DNA from: Patescibacteria group bacterium
Lineage (GTDB): Bacteria > Patescibacteriota > Minisyncoccia > Phycocordibacterales > XYD1-FULL-46-19
Direction of reading: 5' to 3'
DNA: 64,000 nucleotides
Assembly (NCBI GenBank): GCA_048617235.1
Contig: JBMCHT010000004.1
Coordinates: 46,107 to 110,106, forward strand
Shown piece by piece: positions 9,285 to 21,339 of the stretch; position 1 is the first letter of the stretch; the number at the start of each line of letters is the position of its first letter. The translations under genes and the position numbers were made by a program. The notes under the pieces are model-generated. The model saw only the letters and a program-made list of their open reading frames with translations. It was not told where the DNA came from and searched no databases.

Positions 9285-10034
9285 TTATTTATTCTTTAGA
9301 GTTAAAAATAAAATTATTGGAATAATAATTATTAATCCGATTATCCAATAAATTAATCTATTTTGTGTACCTTCTATTGGATCTAAAACATCTCTTTCAA
9401 AATCCCATCCCCTCATTCCTTCATCAGAAAAAGATTTTAAAATGTAATTAACTTCAGCTGAAGTTACAATTGATTCACTTTCAAAATTATCAATCCATAT
9501 TTGCTCTTCTCCTTCGGGAACTTTAATTATTCCCCACTTATGAATTATTTCTGAATCTCCTTCCGAAATAATTATCTCTTTGATTTCTAATTCTTCAAAA
9601 TTGTTTATAAGATTTACTGCTTTTTGTTCAGTAGCTCTATCATTAAAATGAATAACCATTAAAGATTTATTATACTCATCTAAATATACAAAAGATATTG
9701 GCCACGCTCCGGTTAATATATAATCATTATCATAAATTTCTCTATCCTTTAAAATAATTTCATTTGAGACTTCACTTCTTAAAGAAGAATTTTCCATTAT
9801 ATCTTCAGGAAGCTCAACATAAACTTTAAAATTATCAGTTTCCACAAAAAAAGGATACTCATCTTTCCAAGTTAGATTATACGATTTTATCAAATTGTTA
9901 ATTTCATTCTCACTAGCATTATCCTGAAAATTTACTATTATTTCACCAAGAGAATACTCTTGAGCATTAACTATCGTAGCTCCCACTAATAAAATTCCTA
10001 AAATTATAAACATACCAATTATTTTATTTTTCAT
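9285..10034 (-). CDS. hypothetical secreted or membrane-anchored protein (N-terminal signal/TM, C-terminal TM)
   Basis: Hydrophobic N-terminus (IIGMFIILGILLVGATIVNA) and a C-terminal hydrophobic helix followed by KNK. Confidence 0.4.
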   Translation of the reverse strand: MKNKIIGMFIILGILLVGATIVNAQEYSLGEIIVNFQDNASENEINNLIKSYNLTWKDEYPFFVETDNFKVYVELPEDIMENSSLRSEVSNEIILKDREIYDNDYILTGAWPISFVYLDEYNKSLMVIHFNDRATEQKAVNLINNFEELEIKEIIISEGDSEIIHKWGIIKVPEGEEQIWIDNFESESIVTSAEVNYILKSFSDEGMRGWDFERDVLDPIEGTQNRLIYWIIGLIIIIPIILFLTLKNK

Positions 10035-10064
10035 AGTTTTATTATTTTAAATCCGATAAAATTT

Positions 10065-10085
10065 TGGCGGAGAGGGCGGGATTCG
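10065..10085 (-). repeat. 21-22-bp direct copy of the tRNA-Ser 3' end (attL-like)
   Basis: TGGCGGAGAGGGCGGGATTCG is identical to 12010-12030 (the 3' end of the intact tRNA), in the same orientation. Confidence 0.7.
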
Positions 10086-10191
10086 GCGTCAGCTCACCTC
10101 GCTATAATTCTGCGCTACGCTTGAATTCTAGCGGGTGGCTCCTGCCCGGGCTCAGCCGGTGACATTTTTTCAAAATGTCCGGCTTCCGCCT

Positions 10192-10363
10192 TTCGAATCC
10201 CGCCCTCTCCGCCAATTTACAATTTCAGCATTTTGGGGAGAGATTGCCTCGGCGCTACGCGCCTCGGCAGGCGCGCTTCGCGCGCCAAAGTCCCATTTTG
10301 CGAGGATTTGCCACGCTCCGCGTGGCGAAAAGGAAACGGCTTGGTTTTGGATTTGGAAGTTCG
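10192..10363 (+). repeat. left inverted repeat (~172 bp, GC-rich)
   Basis: About 95% identical to the reverse complement of 11861-12033. The outer tip TTCGAATCCCGCCCTCTCCGCCAA is tRNA 3'-end-like. Contains the perfect palindrome GGCGCGCTTCGCGCGCC at 10270-10286. Confidence 0.85.
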
Positions 10364-10470
10364 TTTGGGCAAAGCCCAAAGTTCCGCAAAGCGGAACCAA
10401 CCAATCTTTTTTCGTTTCGCCACAGGCGAAACACGGAAGCGATAATTTTTAATATTTTGACTGCCTCACT

Positions 10471-12123
<1,653 letters not shown>

Positions 12124-12152
12124 CTTAAATTCTTTTAAAATCCAAGTTAAAT

Positions 12153-13052
12153 TTATTTATCACTTTGTCTTAGAGCTTTTATTCTTTCCTCCACCGGCGG
12201 ATGAGTCATAAACAATTTATGCAAACCGAAACGACTTTTTGAGCCGAAAGGGCTGGCAATAAATAAATGAGCCGTAGCATTGGAGGATTTTTTTATTTCC
12301 CCCGGGTAAGCGGAGATTTTTTCCAAAGCTCGAGCCAAACCTTCCGGATAACGAGTTAGTAAAGCACCGGAAGCATCTGCCAAAAATTCCCGTTTACGAG
12401 AGATAGCCAATTGAATCACCATGGCAATAATGGGAGCCAAAATAGCCAAAGCAATTCCTCCGATGATCATTAGCATTTGTGCCCGACCGTCTCGATTGCC
12501 ACCACCCAAGCCACCCCAAATAGTGGCTCTTAAGAAGAAATCGGATAAAAGAGCGACAAAACCCACCAAAACCACCACTATGGTTTGAAGTAAAATATCT
12601 CGATTACCAATATGAGATAATTCATGAGCCACCACTCCTTCCAGTTCGGTTTTATCCAACCTATCTAATAATCCGGTGGTAAAAGCGACAGCGGCATTAT
12701 CGGCATTACGACCGGTAGCAAAAGCATTGGGAGCCGAATCATTAATAATATAAATCCTAGGTTTAGGTAAACCGGCAGTAATGGCCAAATTCTCTACTAA
12801 TCTATGTAATTCCGGATATCTATCGGGACTGGCCGGCTCGGCTCCGGTTACTTTTAAGGCAATTTTATCAGCTTTCCAATAACTGACAAAATTCATTACT
12901 AAACTGAAAATTATGGCAATGTATAAAATTGTTGGATTACCGAACAGTTGAGCAAACAACCATCCCAAACCGATTACAGTTAGCAAAAAGGCGGTCATTA
13001 ATATCCAAGTTCGACGGATATTACTATCCTGATGATTATACAAAGTGGCCAT
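12153..13052 (-). CDS. htpX: HtpX-family zinc metalloprotease (M48)
   Basis: HELSHIGNRD (HExxH) motif. N-terminal transmembrane helices. Typical size. Confidence 0.8.
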   Translation of the reverse strand: MATLYNHQDSNIRRTWILMTAFLLTVIGLGWLFAQLFGNPTILYIAIIFSLVMNFVSYWKADKIALKVTGAEPASPDRYPELHRLVENLAITAGLPKPRIYIINDSAPNAFATGRNADNAAVAFTTGLLDRLDKTELEGVVAHELSHIGNRDILLQTIVVVLVGFVALLSDFFLRATIWGGLGGGNRDGRAQMLMIIGGIALAILAPIIAMVIQLAISRKREFLADASGALLTRYPEGLARALEKISAYPGEIKKSSNATAHLFIASPFGSKSRFGLHKLFMTHPPVEERIKALRQSDK

Positions 13053-13060
13053 AGTTTAAT

Positions 13061-13627
13061 TTAGAATTTAACCTCTACCGGCTCTCTGGCAGCTGATTCT
13101 TCCAATTCAAAGAAAGTTTGTTTTTGGAATTTAAAAGCTCCGGCAATTAGATTATAGGGAAAAGTTTCTATTCTAGTGTTTAAATCTCGGACATTACCGT
13201 TATAGAATCGTCGAGCGGCTTGGATTTTATTCTCAGTATCACTTAATTCTCTTTGTAGTTCCAAAAAGTTTTCATTAGCTTTCAAATCCGGATAACTTTC
13301 AGAAACTGCAAACAAAGACTTTAAAGCTCCGGATAGCATATTTTCAGCCTCGGCATGTTCATCCACCGTTCCGGCTTGCATAGCTTTGGTTCTGGCTTCG
13401 GTTACTTTTTCCAAAGTTCCGGCTTCATGAGAAGCATAACCTTTAACCGTATTAACCAAGTTGGGAATTAGATCGTAACGGCGCTTGAGTTGAACATCAA
13501 TATCCGCCCAGGCTTCTTTGGTTCTGTTAACCAAAAGAATAAAACGATTATAAGCAAAAATAGCCCAAATCAACAAAAGAACCACTACCGCTAAAATAAT
13601 ATATAAAATATTCATAAATTTAATCAA
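13061..13627 (-). CDS. lemA: LemA family protein
   Basis: N-terminal TM then NRFILLVNRTKEAWADIDVQLKRRYDLIPNLVNTVKGYASHE, matching the LemA signature. Confidence 0.75.
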   Translation of the reverse strand: MIKFMNILYIILAVVVLLLIWAIFAYNRFILLVNRTKEAWADIDVQLKRRYDLIPNLVNTVKGYASHEAGTLEKVTEARTKAMQAGTVDEHAEAENMLSGALKSLFAVSESYPDLKANENFLELQRELSDTENKIQAARRFYNGNVRDLNTRIETFPYNLIAGAFKFQKQTFFELEESAAREPVEVKF

Positions 13628-13690
13628 TTAATTTAATAAGATGAATAATCATCTGCCTTTGATTTTACCACAAAAAACTCCCCTGTCCAC

Positions 13691-13723
13691 AAAAAAACAC
13701 ACTCCATTGGGGTGTGTTTTTTG
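13691..13723 (-). terminator. bidirectional rho-independent terminator downstream of groEL
   Basis: AAAAAAACACACTCCATTGGGGTGTGTTTTTTG forms a GC/AC stem flanked by A and T runs. Confidence 0.55.
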
Positions 13724-13745
13724 ATTGTCTATTTAAACAAATATT

Positions 13746-15413
13746 TTAATAACCCATCATCCCCCCCATACCGGGCATCCCTCCTTCAGGTGCTTCATCT
13801 TTACCATCATCCTTTTTAGGAATATCGGTAATGGCAGCTTCGGCAGTTAACAAGACAGCGGCGGCTGAAGCAGCTCTTTCCAAACCGGTTCGGGTAACTT
13901 TAACCGGATCAATAATACCCACCGCAAACATATCTTTAACTATTTTATCGGCATTGGCGTCATAACCCTCATTAGCACTGCCATTTTTAACTTGATCAAC
14001 TATAACAGAAGCATTATCTTTACCGGTATTGCGGACTATTTGTCGTAAAGGAGACTCCAAGGCTTTTAATAATACTTGGACTCCGACCTCAAACTCTTGA
14101 GCAATATCTGCAGATGGAGACTTGATGGCCTTTTTAGACAAAACTTGACCGGCCTTAACCAAAGCACTACCGCCTCCGGGAACCACTCCTTCTTCCACTG
14201 CCGCTTTGGTAGCTTCCACCGCATCTTCTATTTTTAATTTCTTGTATTTCATATCCGCCTCAGTAGCTGCTCCCACCTTAATAACCGCTACTCCGCCGGA
14301 TAACTTACCTAATCTTTCACTTAATTTTTCTTTATCATATTGACTATCGGCTTGCTCTAATTGACCGCGAATTTGACCAACTCGAGCTTCTAAATCCGCT
14401 TTTTTGCCTTTACCGCCAACTATTGTAGTTGCCTCCTTAGTGGATTCTATCCGACGAGATCTTCCTAGAACCGTTAAGTCGGCTGCTTCCAATTTCATAC
14501 CCAAATCTTCAGAAACCACCTTACCTCCGGTTAAAACAGCAATATCTTGCAACAACTCTTTACGACGATCACCAAAACCGGGAGCTTTAATAGCTAAAGT
14601 ATTAAAGACACCTCTGATTTTATTAACCACCAAGGTAGCCAAGGCCTCCCCTTCTACATCTTCGGCAATAATCACCAATTCTTTTTTACCGGTTTGAGCC
14701 AGCTTTTCCAACAAAGGCACTATTTCTTTAACTGAAGATATTTTTTTATCTGTAATCAAAATGTAAGGATCAGTGAAAACCGCTTCCATTCTTTCTGAAT
14801 CAGTAATCATATAAGGAGAGATATAACCTTTATCAAACTGCATCCCTTCCACCATTTCTGATTCCACCGAAAAAGATTGAGATTCTTCTACAGTAACCAC
14901 TCCATCTTTACCGACTTTATTAATAGCATCGGCAATAATACCCCCAAATTCTTCAGATTCGGCGGCAATAGTGGCCACTTGCCTAATCTCCTCCTGGCTT
15001 TTAATCGGTTTAGCTAAAGATTTTAAAGCCACCACCGCTTCTTCAGCCGCTTTTTCTATTCCTTGTTTAACTCCCATGGCATTAACCCCCATAGTGGTTT
15101 TCTTAAAACCTTCTTCCACTAAAGCTTGAGTTAAAATCATGGCTGTGGTGGTACCATCACCGGCATTATCATTGGTCTTACCGGCTACATCTTTAATAAT
15201 TTCTGCTCCCAGATTTTCCATTTTATCCGGCAAACTAATTTCCTTAGCAATGGAAACTCCGTCATTGGTAATGGTTGGGGCTCCGTAACCTTTATCAAAA
15301 ACCACATTGCGACCCTTGGGTCCGATAGTCACTCGAACCGCATCGGCCACTTTATCAATCCCTCTTTTTAAGGATTGACGAGCTTGATCACTAAAAACTA
15401 TTTGTTTAGACAT
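13746..15413 (-). CDS. groL: chaperonin GroEL
   Basis: 555 aa. [12 protein letters not shown] motif and a GGM-rich C-terminus ([10 protein letters not shown]). Confidence 0.95.
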   Translation of the reverse strand: MSKQIVFSDQARQSLKRGIDKVADAVRVTIGPKGRNVVFDKGYGAPTITNDGVSIAKEISLPDKMENLGAEIIKDVAGKTNDNAGDGTTTAMILTQALVEEGFKKTTMGVNAMGVKQGIEKAAEEAVVALKSLAKPIKSQEEIRQVATIAAESEEFGGIIADAINKVGKDGVVTVEESQSFSVESEMVEGMQFDKGYISPYMITDSERMEAVFTDPYILITDKKISSVKEIVPLLEKLAQTGKKELVIIAEDVEGEALATLVVNKIRGVFNTLAIKAPGFGDRRKELLQDIAVLTGGKVVSEDLGMKLEAADLTVLGRSRRIESTKEATTIVGGKGKKADLEARVGQIRGQLEQADSQYDKEKLSERLGKLSGGVAVIKVGAATEADMKYKKLKIEDAVEATKAAVEEGVVPGGGSALVKAGQVLSKKAIKSPSADIAQEFEVGVQVLLKALESPLRQIVRNTGKDNASVIVDQVKNGSANEGYDANADKIVKDMFAVGIIDPVKVTRTGLERAASAAAVLLTAEAAITDIPKKDDGKDEAPEGGMPGMGGMMGY

Positions 15414-15460
15414 AAAATTTTATTGATTTAACTGTTAATAAAATAATCCGACCGGTTAAA

Positions 15461-15772
15461 CTATTCAATTACCGCTAAAATATTTGATTCACTAACTATC
15501 AAATATTCTTGCTCATCTATTTTTATTTCATCCGGTCCATATTTGGAAAAAATAACTTTCTGACCGACTTTGACTCTTGGAGCAATTACTTGACCATCAT
15601 CTGTTACTCGACCGGCTCCCACCGCTATTACCTTTCCTTGCTCCGGACTTTCTTTATCGGCCGTTTCCGGAATAATAATACCGGATTCGGTTTTATCTTG
15701 TTTTTTATCGGCTTCTATTAAAACTTTATCACCCAAAGGTGTTACATTTACTTTTTTATTTTTCATAGGCAT
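15461..15772 (-). CDS. groES: co-chaperonin GroES
   Basis: 103 aa. Conserved mobile-loop region. Sits immediately upstream of groEL. Confidence 0.9.
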   Translation of the reverse strand: MPMKNKKVNVTPLGDKVLIEADKKQDKTESGIIIPETADKESPEQGKVIAVGAGRVTDDGQVIAPRVKVGQKVIFSKYGPDEIKIDEQEYLIVSESNILAVIE

Positions 15773-16058
15773 TATACAAAGACCGAAGATATATCTTCGT
15801 CTATTAAAACTAATAATAAAATCAATAAACTAATAAAATATACATTCAAAATCCAAAAATCAACCACAAATTCCTCTATCGGATTTACCTATTATAATTC
15901 AAAAAAAGCCAAAGTCAACCCGTCTAAGGTTGCAAAAAAACACCAAATAAGATAGAATGCCGACAATTGCTTAACTCCACCCCGGAAATGATTTAAAATT
16001 GAAAACAAGGATTAAGCGGTTGTTATTTACAGAAAATTGCCAACTATTTAAACAATTC

Positions 16059-16277
16059 ATGGAAATATTAACCATAATACAAGTTGTCGTAGCCATTTTA
16101 ATGGTGGTTTTAATACTGTTACAAAGAAGCGATGCCGGTTTAGGAGGAGCTTTTGGTGGCGGAGATAGCGGGGCTATAGTTAATAAAAAACGTGGTGCAG
16201 AAAAAACCATCTTTAATTTAACCATCGTAATAGCTTTACTTTTCGGTTTAATTTCTTTATTGCAAATTTTCTTTTAA
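16059..16277 (+). CDS. secG: preprotein translocase subunit SecG
   Basis: ILTIIQVVVAILMVVLILLQRSDAGLGGAFGGG is typical of SecG. Start taken at the internal ATG; the ORF-track N-terminus is probably spurious. Confidence 0.6.
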   Translation: MEILTIIQVVVAILMVVLILLQRSDAGLGGAFGGGDSGAIVNKKRGAEKTIFNLTIVIALLFGLISLLQIFF

Positions 16278-16343
16278 AATATTTCTCCAAATATTAATTA
16301 TCGCTAACGATAATAAATTCTATACAAATCATTCGTGGATAAA

Positions 16344-18161
16344 ATGTTTTCTAAATTAATTGAACAGGTTAAAACCTTGATTAAAAAAGGTGGTTATATT
16401 CCGACGACTACCGATTTAAAAAAAAGTTATCACAGCTTAATCATTAGTCATAAAATTGCTTGGGTGGGTTTATTTGCTTTGGGTACCTTGTTTTTAATCG
16501 GTGGTTTTATAACCTTAATTGAAAAACAAACAGCTATTGTGATTAAACCGGAAGGTGCTTTAACTGAAGGATTACTGGGTACTCCCCGTTTTATTAATCC
16601 GGTTTTAGCTATAAATGAAACGGATCGGACTTTAACCAATCTTATTTATTCCGGCCTTTTGCGTTTAAATCAAAAAGGTGAATTAATTCCGGATTTGGCC
16701 TTATATTATAATATCGACGACGACGGTTTGACCTACACTTTTAAATTAAAACCTGATCTAACTTGGCACGACAATACTCCTTTAACTTCTTCCGATATTG
16801 TTTTTACTATAGAAACCATAAAAAACAGAGCCGTTCAAAGCCCGCGTCGGATTCAATGGGAAGGAGTGGAAGTAACCGCCCCGGATAACAGAACAATTGT
16901 TTTTAAATTACCTCAAGCCTACAGTCCGTTTATAGAAAACTTTACTTTAGGTATTTTGCCACAACATGTTTGGCAAAACACAGATCCGGAATTATTTGCT
17001 TTCAGTGAATATAATTTCCGACCAATCGGCTCCGGGCCTTATAAATTTAATCGCCTTTATCGTGATGAAAATGACAGGCCTTATCTTTATGAATTAACCG
17101 CTTTTAAAAATTTTGCCTTAGGCCAGCCCGGTCTTAAAAAATTAAAACTGAAATTTTTTCTCGATGAAACGAATTTAGCAGATGAATTATCTGCCGGTAA
17201 AATAGACAGTGCCGGAGCTTTATCTCCATCTATTACCGAACAACTAATAGATGACAATAAACAAGTTTTAGATTCACTCTTGCCCAGAATTTTTGGTGTC
17301 TTTTTTAACCAAAACCAAGCTCAAATTTTAGCTCGATCAGAAGTTAGGCAAGCTTTAGATGAAGTAGTTGATCGCCAAACAATAATCAATCAAGTTTTGT
17401 TGGGTTTTGCCAAACCAATAACCGGACCTCTGGAAAAGTTTTCATATCTTTCATCTGATGGTCTTTTAGATGTCTTTCCCAATGAAGACATTAAAGAAAC
17501 AGAAATCAATCGAACCGAACGAATCAAAAAAGCTAAAAGTATTTTGACTGATAAAGGATGGGAATTGAAAACAAATGACGATGGGAAAACCATCGCCACT
17601 TTAGATGACGGTGCCACCACTTTAAACTTCACCTTAACCACAGTTAATACTCCGGAATTAAAACAAACGGCTCAACTGTTACAAAAACAATGGGAAGCCA
17701 TTGGGGCTCAAGTTGAAATTGAATTTTTTGAAGAAGACGAACTTAATCAAAATGTAATTAGAGCCAGAAAATATGATGCTTTACTTTACGGCTTAGTAAT
17801 CGGCCAAGAACCGGATCCTTTTGTTTTTTGGCATTCATCCCAAAGACAAGATCCGGGATTAAATATCTCTATGTATGCCAATGTCTCAGCCGATAAGCTA
17901 TTGGAAGAAATTCGACAAACCACAGATAAGGATATAAAGACAAATCTATATCAAGAGTTAACCGAATTGATAAAAAAAGACCGGCCGGCTATTTTCCTTT
18001 ATTCACCACAATTCACCTATATTTTGCCCAATAAAATTAAAGGAGTGAATATTAATCATGCCGGTCGGCCGGCTGATCGTTTTAACGATATTTATCGTTG
18101 GTACATTAAAACTGAAAAAATCTGGAGATTCTTAACCAATACTCCGGAAGTAACAAATTAA
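16344..18161 (+). CDS. ABC transporter substrate-binding protein, family 5 (peptide/nickel type), orphan
   Basis: N-terminal TM anchor. Family-5 SBP architecture (PDLALYYNIDDDGLTYTFKLKPDLTWHDNTPLTSSDIVFT). No adjacent permease or ATPase genes. Confidence 0.65.
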   Translation: MFSKLIEQVKTLIKKGGYIPTTTDLKKSYHSLIISHKIAWVGLFALGTLFLIGGFITLIEKQTAIVIKPEGALTEGLLGTPRFINPVLAINETDRTLTNLIYSGLLRLNQKGELIPDLALYYNIDDDGLTYTFKLKPDLTWHDNTPLTSSDIVFTIETIKNRAVQSPRRIQWEGVEVTAPDNRTIVFKLPQAYSPFIENFTLGILPQHVWQNTDPELFAFSEYNFRPIGSGPYKFNRLYRDENDRPYLYELTAFKNFALGQPGLKKLKLKFFLDETNLADELSAGKIDSAGALSPSITEQLIDDNKQVLDSLLPRIFGVFFNQNQAQILARSEVRQALDEVVDRQTIINQVLLGFAKPITGPLEKFSYLSSDGLLDVFPNEDIKETEINRTERIKKAKSILTDKGWELKTNDDGKTIATLDDGATTLNFTLTTVNTPELKQTAQLLQKQWEAIGAQVEIEFFEEDELNQNVIRARKYDALLYGLVIGQEPDPFVFWHSSQRQDPGLNISMYANVSADKLLEEIRQTTDKDIKTNLYQELTELIKKDRPAIFLYSPQFTYILPNKIKGVNINHAGRPADRFNDIYRWYIKTEKIWRFLTNTPEVTN

Positions 18162-18185
18162 TAATAAATTATAAAATTAAATAAT

Positions 18186-20030
18186 ATGAAAATAGACAGT
18201 CAAGAAGATACAAAAATAGGAAAAAATAAAAAAATAAAATCAAACACTAACACCAGAAACAAACACCGGTCAAAAACCAAAAATAATAATCATTCTTCTG
18301 TTTCAACAAATGGCAAACTTCAACCCAAAAGAACCAATAAGTCCTTACCTGAACTAAAAGAGGGGGATATTAGAATTATCCCCTTGGGCGGAGTTGAAGA
18401 AATCGGAAAAAATATGACGGCTATTGAGTATAACAATGATATTGTTATCATAGATGCCGGTCTGCAATTCCCGGATGAAGAATCGCCGGGAATAGATTTT
18501 ATCATTCCGGATACCACTTACTTGGAAAATAATAAAAAGAAGATCAGGGGGGTGATTGTTACTCACGGGCACTTGGATCACACCGGTGGTATCCCTTATA
18601 TTATGCCCAAAATCGGTAACCCGACAATTTATACCAGCCTATTAACCGCTGTTATGATTAAAAAAAGGCAAGAAGAATTTCCTCATCTACCTAAATTAAA
18701 TATCCGAGTGGTTGACCAAAAAGATAAATTAAAGCTGGGCAAAATCCCCATTCGTTTTTTTGATACCACTCATACTATTCCGGACACCTTGGGTATAATC
18801 ATTGAAACTCCATATGGTAACATTATTAATACCGGGGATGTTAAAATAGAAAATAAAGACGGCCAACCTTCCAAAATTGAACTTAATACTTATAAAAAAT
18901 TAGGGGCGGAAAAAAATCTATTATTAATCGCTGATTCTACCAATGTTGAAAAACCGGGATTCTCTTTTCCGGAAAAAGAAGTTCATAAAAATTTAGAAAA
19001 AATAATAGCGGATGCTCCGGGACGAATAATTGTTTCCACTTTTGCTTCTTTATTTGACCGAATTATTGCCATTATTAAATCGGCCGAAAAGTTAGATAAG
19101 AAAGTGGTAGTAGAAGGACGCTCTATGAAAACTAATGTAGAAATAGCCAAAGAATTAAATCTCTTGGAAGTTAAAAAAGATACTATTATCAGTGTTGAAT
19201 CTATGGAGGATTACCCCGATGATAAATTGGTAATCCTGGCTACCGGTGCTCAAGGTGATTCCTTTGCCGCTTTAATGAGAATATCCAATAAAAGTCATAA
19301 ATATGTCAAAATAAAGCCGAGAGATACTGTTTTATTATCTTCCTCAATTATTCCCGGCAATGAAAGAGGGGTTCAAAGACTGAAAGATAATCTCTCTCGC
19401 CAAGGAGCTAAAATAGTTCATGTAGGAGCTGCCGATGTTCATTCTTCCGGTCACTCCAATCGAGCCGAATTAGAATGGTTACATCAAATGATTAAGCCTA
19501 AGTTTTTTATTCCGGTTCATGGTAATCATTATATGCTCAAACTTCATGCTGAAATGGCCACTGAATTGGGTATGAAGCCAAATCAAATCATTGTTCCGGA
19601 TAACGGTATGGCAATTGAAATAATTAATAAAGGTCAAAAAATGATCCAACATAAAGAACCGGTATCCAATCGCTTAGTTATGGTTGACGGTATCGGTTCT
19701 AATAATGTGCAAGAAGTAGTTATTCGTGATCGACAAATGTTATCTCAAGACGGTATGTTCGTGATAATCGCCATTATAGATATTAAAACCGGTAAAGTTC
19801 GAAAATCTCCGGATATAATTTCACGCGGTTTTGTTTATTTAAAAGAATCACAAGAATTACTTCAAGAAGTGCGTCAAATGACTAAAAAAACCATAGAACA
19901 AGCCACCGAAAAAATGCATCCTATTAATTTAGATTATGTTAAAAATGCCACCAGAGAAGAAATAGGACGTTTTCTCTTTCAAAAAACCCACAAAAGACCT
20001 ATAATATTACCGGTATTGATAGAAGTCTAA
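18186..20030 (+). CDS. rnj: ribonuclease J (metallo-beta-lactamase/beta-CASP) with N-terminal basic low-complexity extension
   Basis: HGHLDH metal-binding motif (VTHGHLDHTGG), a beta-CASP region and an RNase J C-terminal domain. ~55-aa Lys/Asn-rich N-terminal tail. Confidence 0.8.
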   Translation: MKIDSQEDTKIGKNKKIKSNTNTRNKHRSKTKNNNHSSVSTNGKLQPKRTNKSLPELKEGDIRIIPLGGVEEIGKNMTAIEYNNDIVIIDAGLQFPDEESPGIDFIIPDTTYLENNKKKIRGVIVTHGHLDHTGGIPYIMPKIGNPTIYTSLLTAVMIKKRQEEFPHLPKLNIRVVDQKDKLKLGKIPIRFFDTTHTIPDTLGIIIETPYGNIINTGDVKIENKDGQPSKIELNTYKKLGAEKNLLLIADSTNVEKPGFSFPEKEVHKNLEKIIADAPGRIIVSTFASLFDRIIAIIKSAEKLDKKVVVEGRSMKTNVEIAKELNLLEVKKDTIISVESMEDYPDDKLVILATGAQGDSFAALMRISNKSHKYVKIKPRDTVLLSSSIIPGNERGVQRLKDNLSRQGAKIVHVGAADVHSSGHSNRAELEWLHQMIKPKFFIPVHGNHYMLKLHAEMATELGMKPNQIIVPDNGMAIEIINKGQKMIQHKEPVSNRLVMVDGIGSNNVQEVVIRDRQMLSQDGMFVIIAIIDIKTGKVRKSPDIISRGFVYLKESQELLQEVRQMTKKTIEQATEKMHPINLDYVKNATREEIGRFLFQKTHKRPIILPVLIEV

Positions 20031-20129
20031 AAAATACTCAGGGAATATTGTGCACCAACGATCATATACTAAAAAAGAAATAAAAAATAGGATTATCAAG
20101 AAAATAATCCTCTCTATCACCTAGAAATT

Positions 20130-21335
20130 ATGCTAAACCTTAATCTAGTACAAACACTGATATATCATCGCCGCCTCCGTCGCTATACCTACGCTTCCAT
20201 TTTTTTACTGTCGGTTCACTTATCTTTTATCTCTTATATCAGCTCGTCTTTTATAGCAGAGGCAGTTGGTGAACGTTATGTCGGTTTGGTTTTTTCAATC
20301 GGTTCAGCTTTAGCTATCATGACTCTCTTGATTATCCCAACCCTGATGAAAACCATCGGTAATGTTCAAATTACTCTAACTCTGGCATTTTCACTTTTGA
20401 TAAATATTTTAATGTTGGCTTATGTTACCACTCCGGTCATTATTATCAGTTTCTTCTTACTTTATTATGTAACCGGCTTAGCTGTTCAGTATTCAATTGA
20501 TCTTTATCTGGAAAAAATATCTGATGATTCCGAAACCGGAGGTATTAGAGGATTATTTTTGAGTGTACTTAATTTAGCTATTATGTTATCACTCTTAACT
20601 ACCGGTTTTATTTTAGGAGACGGTAGTGAATATTGGAAGGTTTTTCTTTTCTCCGGCTTAGTTTTGTTACCCTTCCTTTATTTAGCCGGTAATTATTTGC
20701 CGGAGATACCCGAACAAGAAATTAAAGAACCAATTCGTTGGTGGTCTACCATTAAAAAAATCGCCTACCCCGGCTCTAATGACAATCCCAATTTAAAACA
20801 CATTCTGGCTATAGATTTTCTAATTAGCTTTTTTTATTCTTTAATGGTTGTCTATATGCCAATTTATTTGAATAAATATATAGGCCTTAATTGGTCAGAA
20901 ATCGGTATGATTTCCGCCTTTATGCTTTTACCTTTTGTTCTATTTGCTGTTCCTTTTGGTCGAATCGCTGACAATTGGTTGGGTGAAAAAGAAATAATGT
21001 CAGCCGGTTTAATTATAGCCGGTATTGCCACTATGATTATCTCTTTTATTGATAATTCTCTTTTATGGTTTTGGGGTCTGTTACTTTTTACCACCAGATT
21101 GGGAATTAGTGCAATTGAAACTATGAAAGAATCTTACTTATTTAAACAAATAGACGGTAAAGATTCCAATATTTTAAGCATTTCCAGAAATATTCGATCT
21201 TTGGCTTATTTAATTGGACCTTTAGTAGCCACTATCTTTCTTCACTTCAATGACTATCGGTATTTATTTTTCTTCTTAGGTCTAGTTATGATTTGGGGTT
21301 TACGTTATTGTTGGGCTTTAGTAGATACAAAATAA
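20130..21335 (+). CDS. MFS transporter
   Basis: ~12 predicted transmembrane segments. Typical MFS loop motifs (GRIADNWLGEK). Confidence 0.6.
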   Translation: MLNLNLVQTLIYHRRLRRYTYASIFLLSVHLSFISYISSSFIAEAVGERYVGLVFSIGSALAIMTLLIIPTLMKTIGNVQITLTLAFSLLINILMLAYVTTPVIIISFFLLYYVTGLAVQYSIDLYLEKISDDSETGGIRGLFLSVLNLAIMLSLLTTGFILGDGSEYWKVFLFSGLVLLPFLYLAGNYLPEIPEQEIKEPIRWWSTIKKIAYPGSNDNPNLKHILAIDFLISFFYSLMVVYMPIYLNKYIGLNWSEIGMISAFMLLPFVLFAVPFGRIADNWLGEKEIMSAGLIIAGIATMIISFIDNSLLWFWGLLLFTTRLGISAIETMKESYLFKQIDGKDSNILSISRNIRSLAYLIGPLVATIFLHFNDYRYLFFFLGLVMIWGLRYCWALVDTK

Positions 21336-21339
21336 TAAT

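Noticed and set aside
10065-10215. 22-bp inverted pair of tRNA 3'-end-like sequences, considered as a second tRNA gene
   Set aside because: Only the T-arm and acceptor 3' half are present. There is no anticodon or D arm. I interpret them as att-site copies, not a tRNA.
15760-15775. TATAAT-like hexamer at the groES start, suggesting a leaderless transcript
   Set aside because: The hexamer overlaps the ATG itself (gtaTAATGcc), so it cannot be a promoter -10 for this gene.
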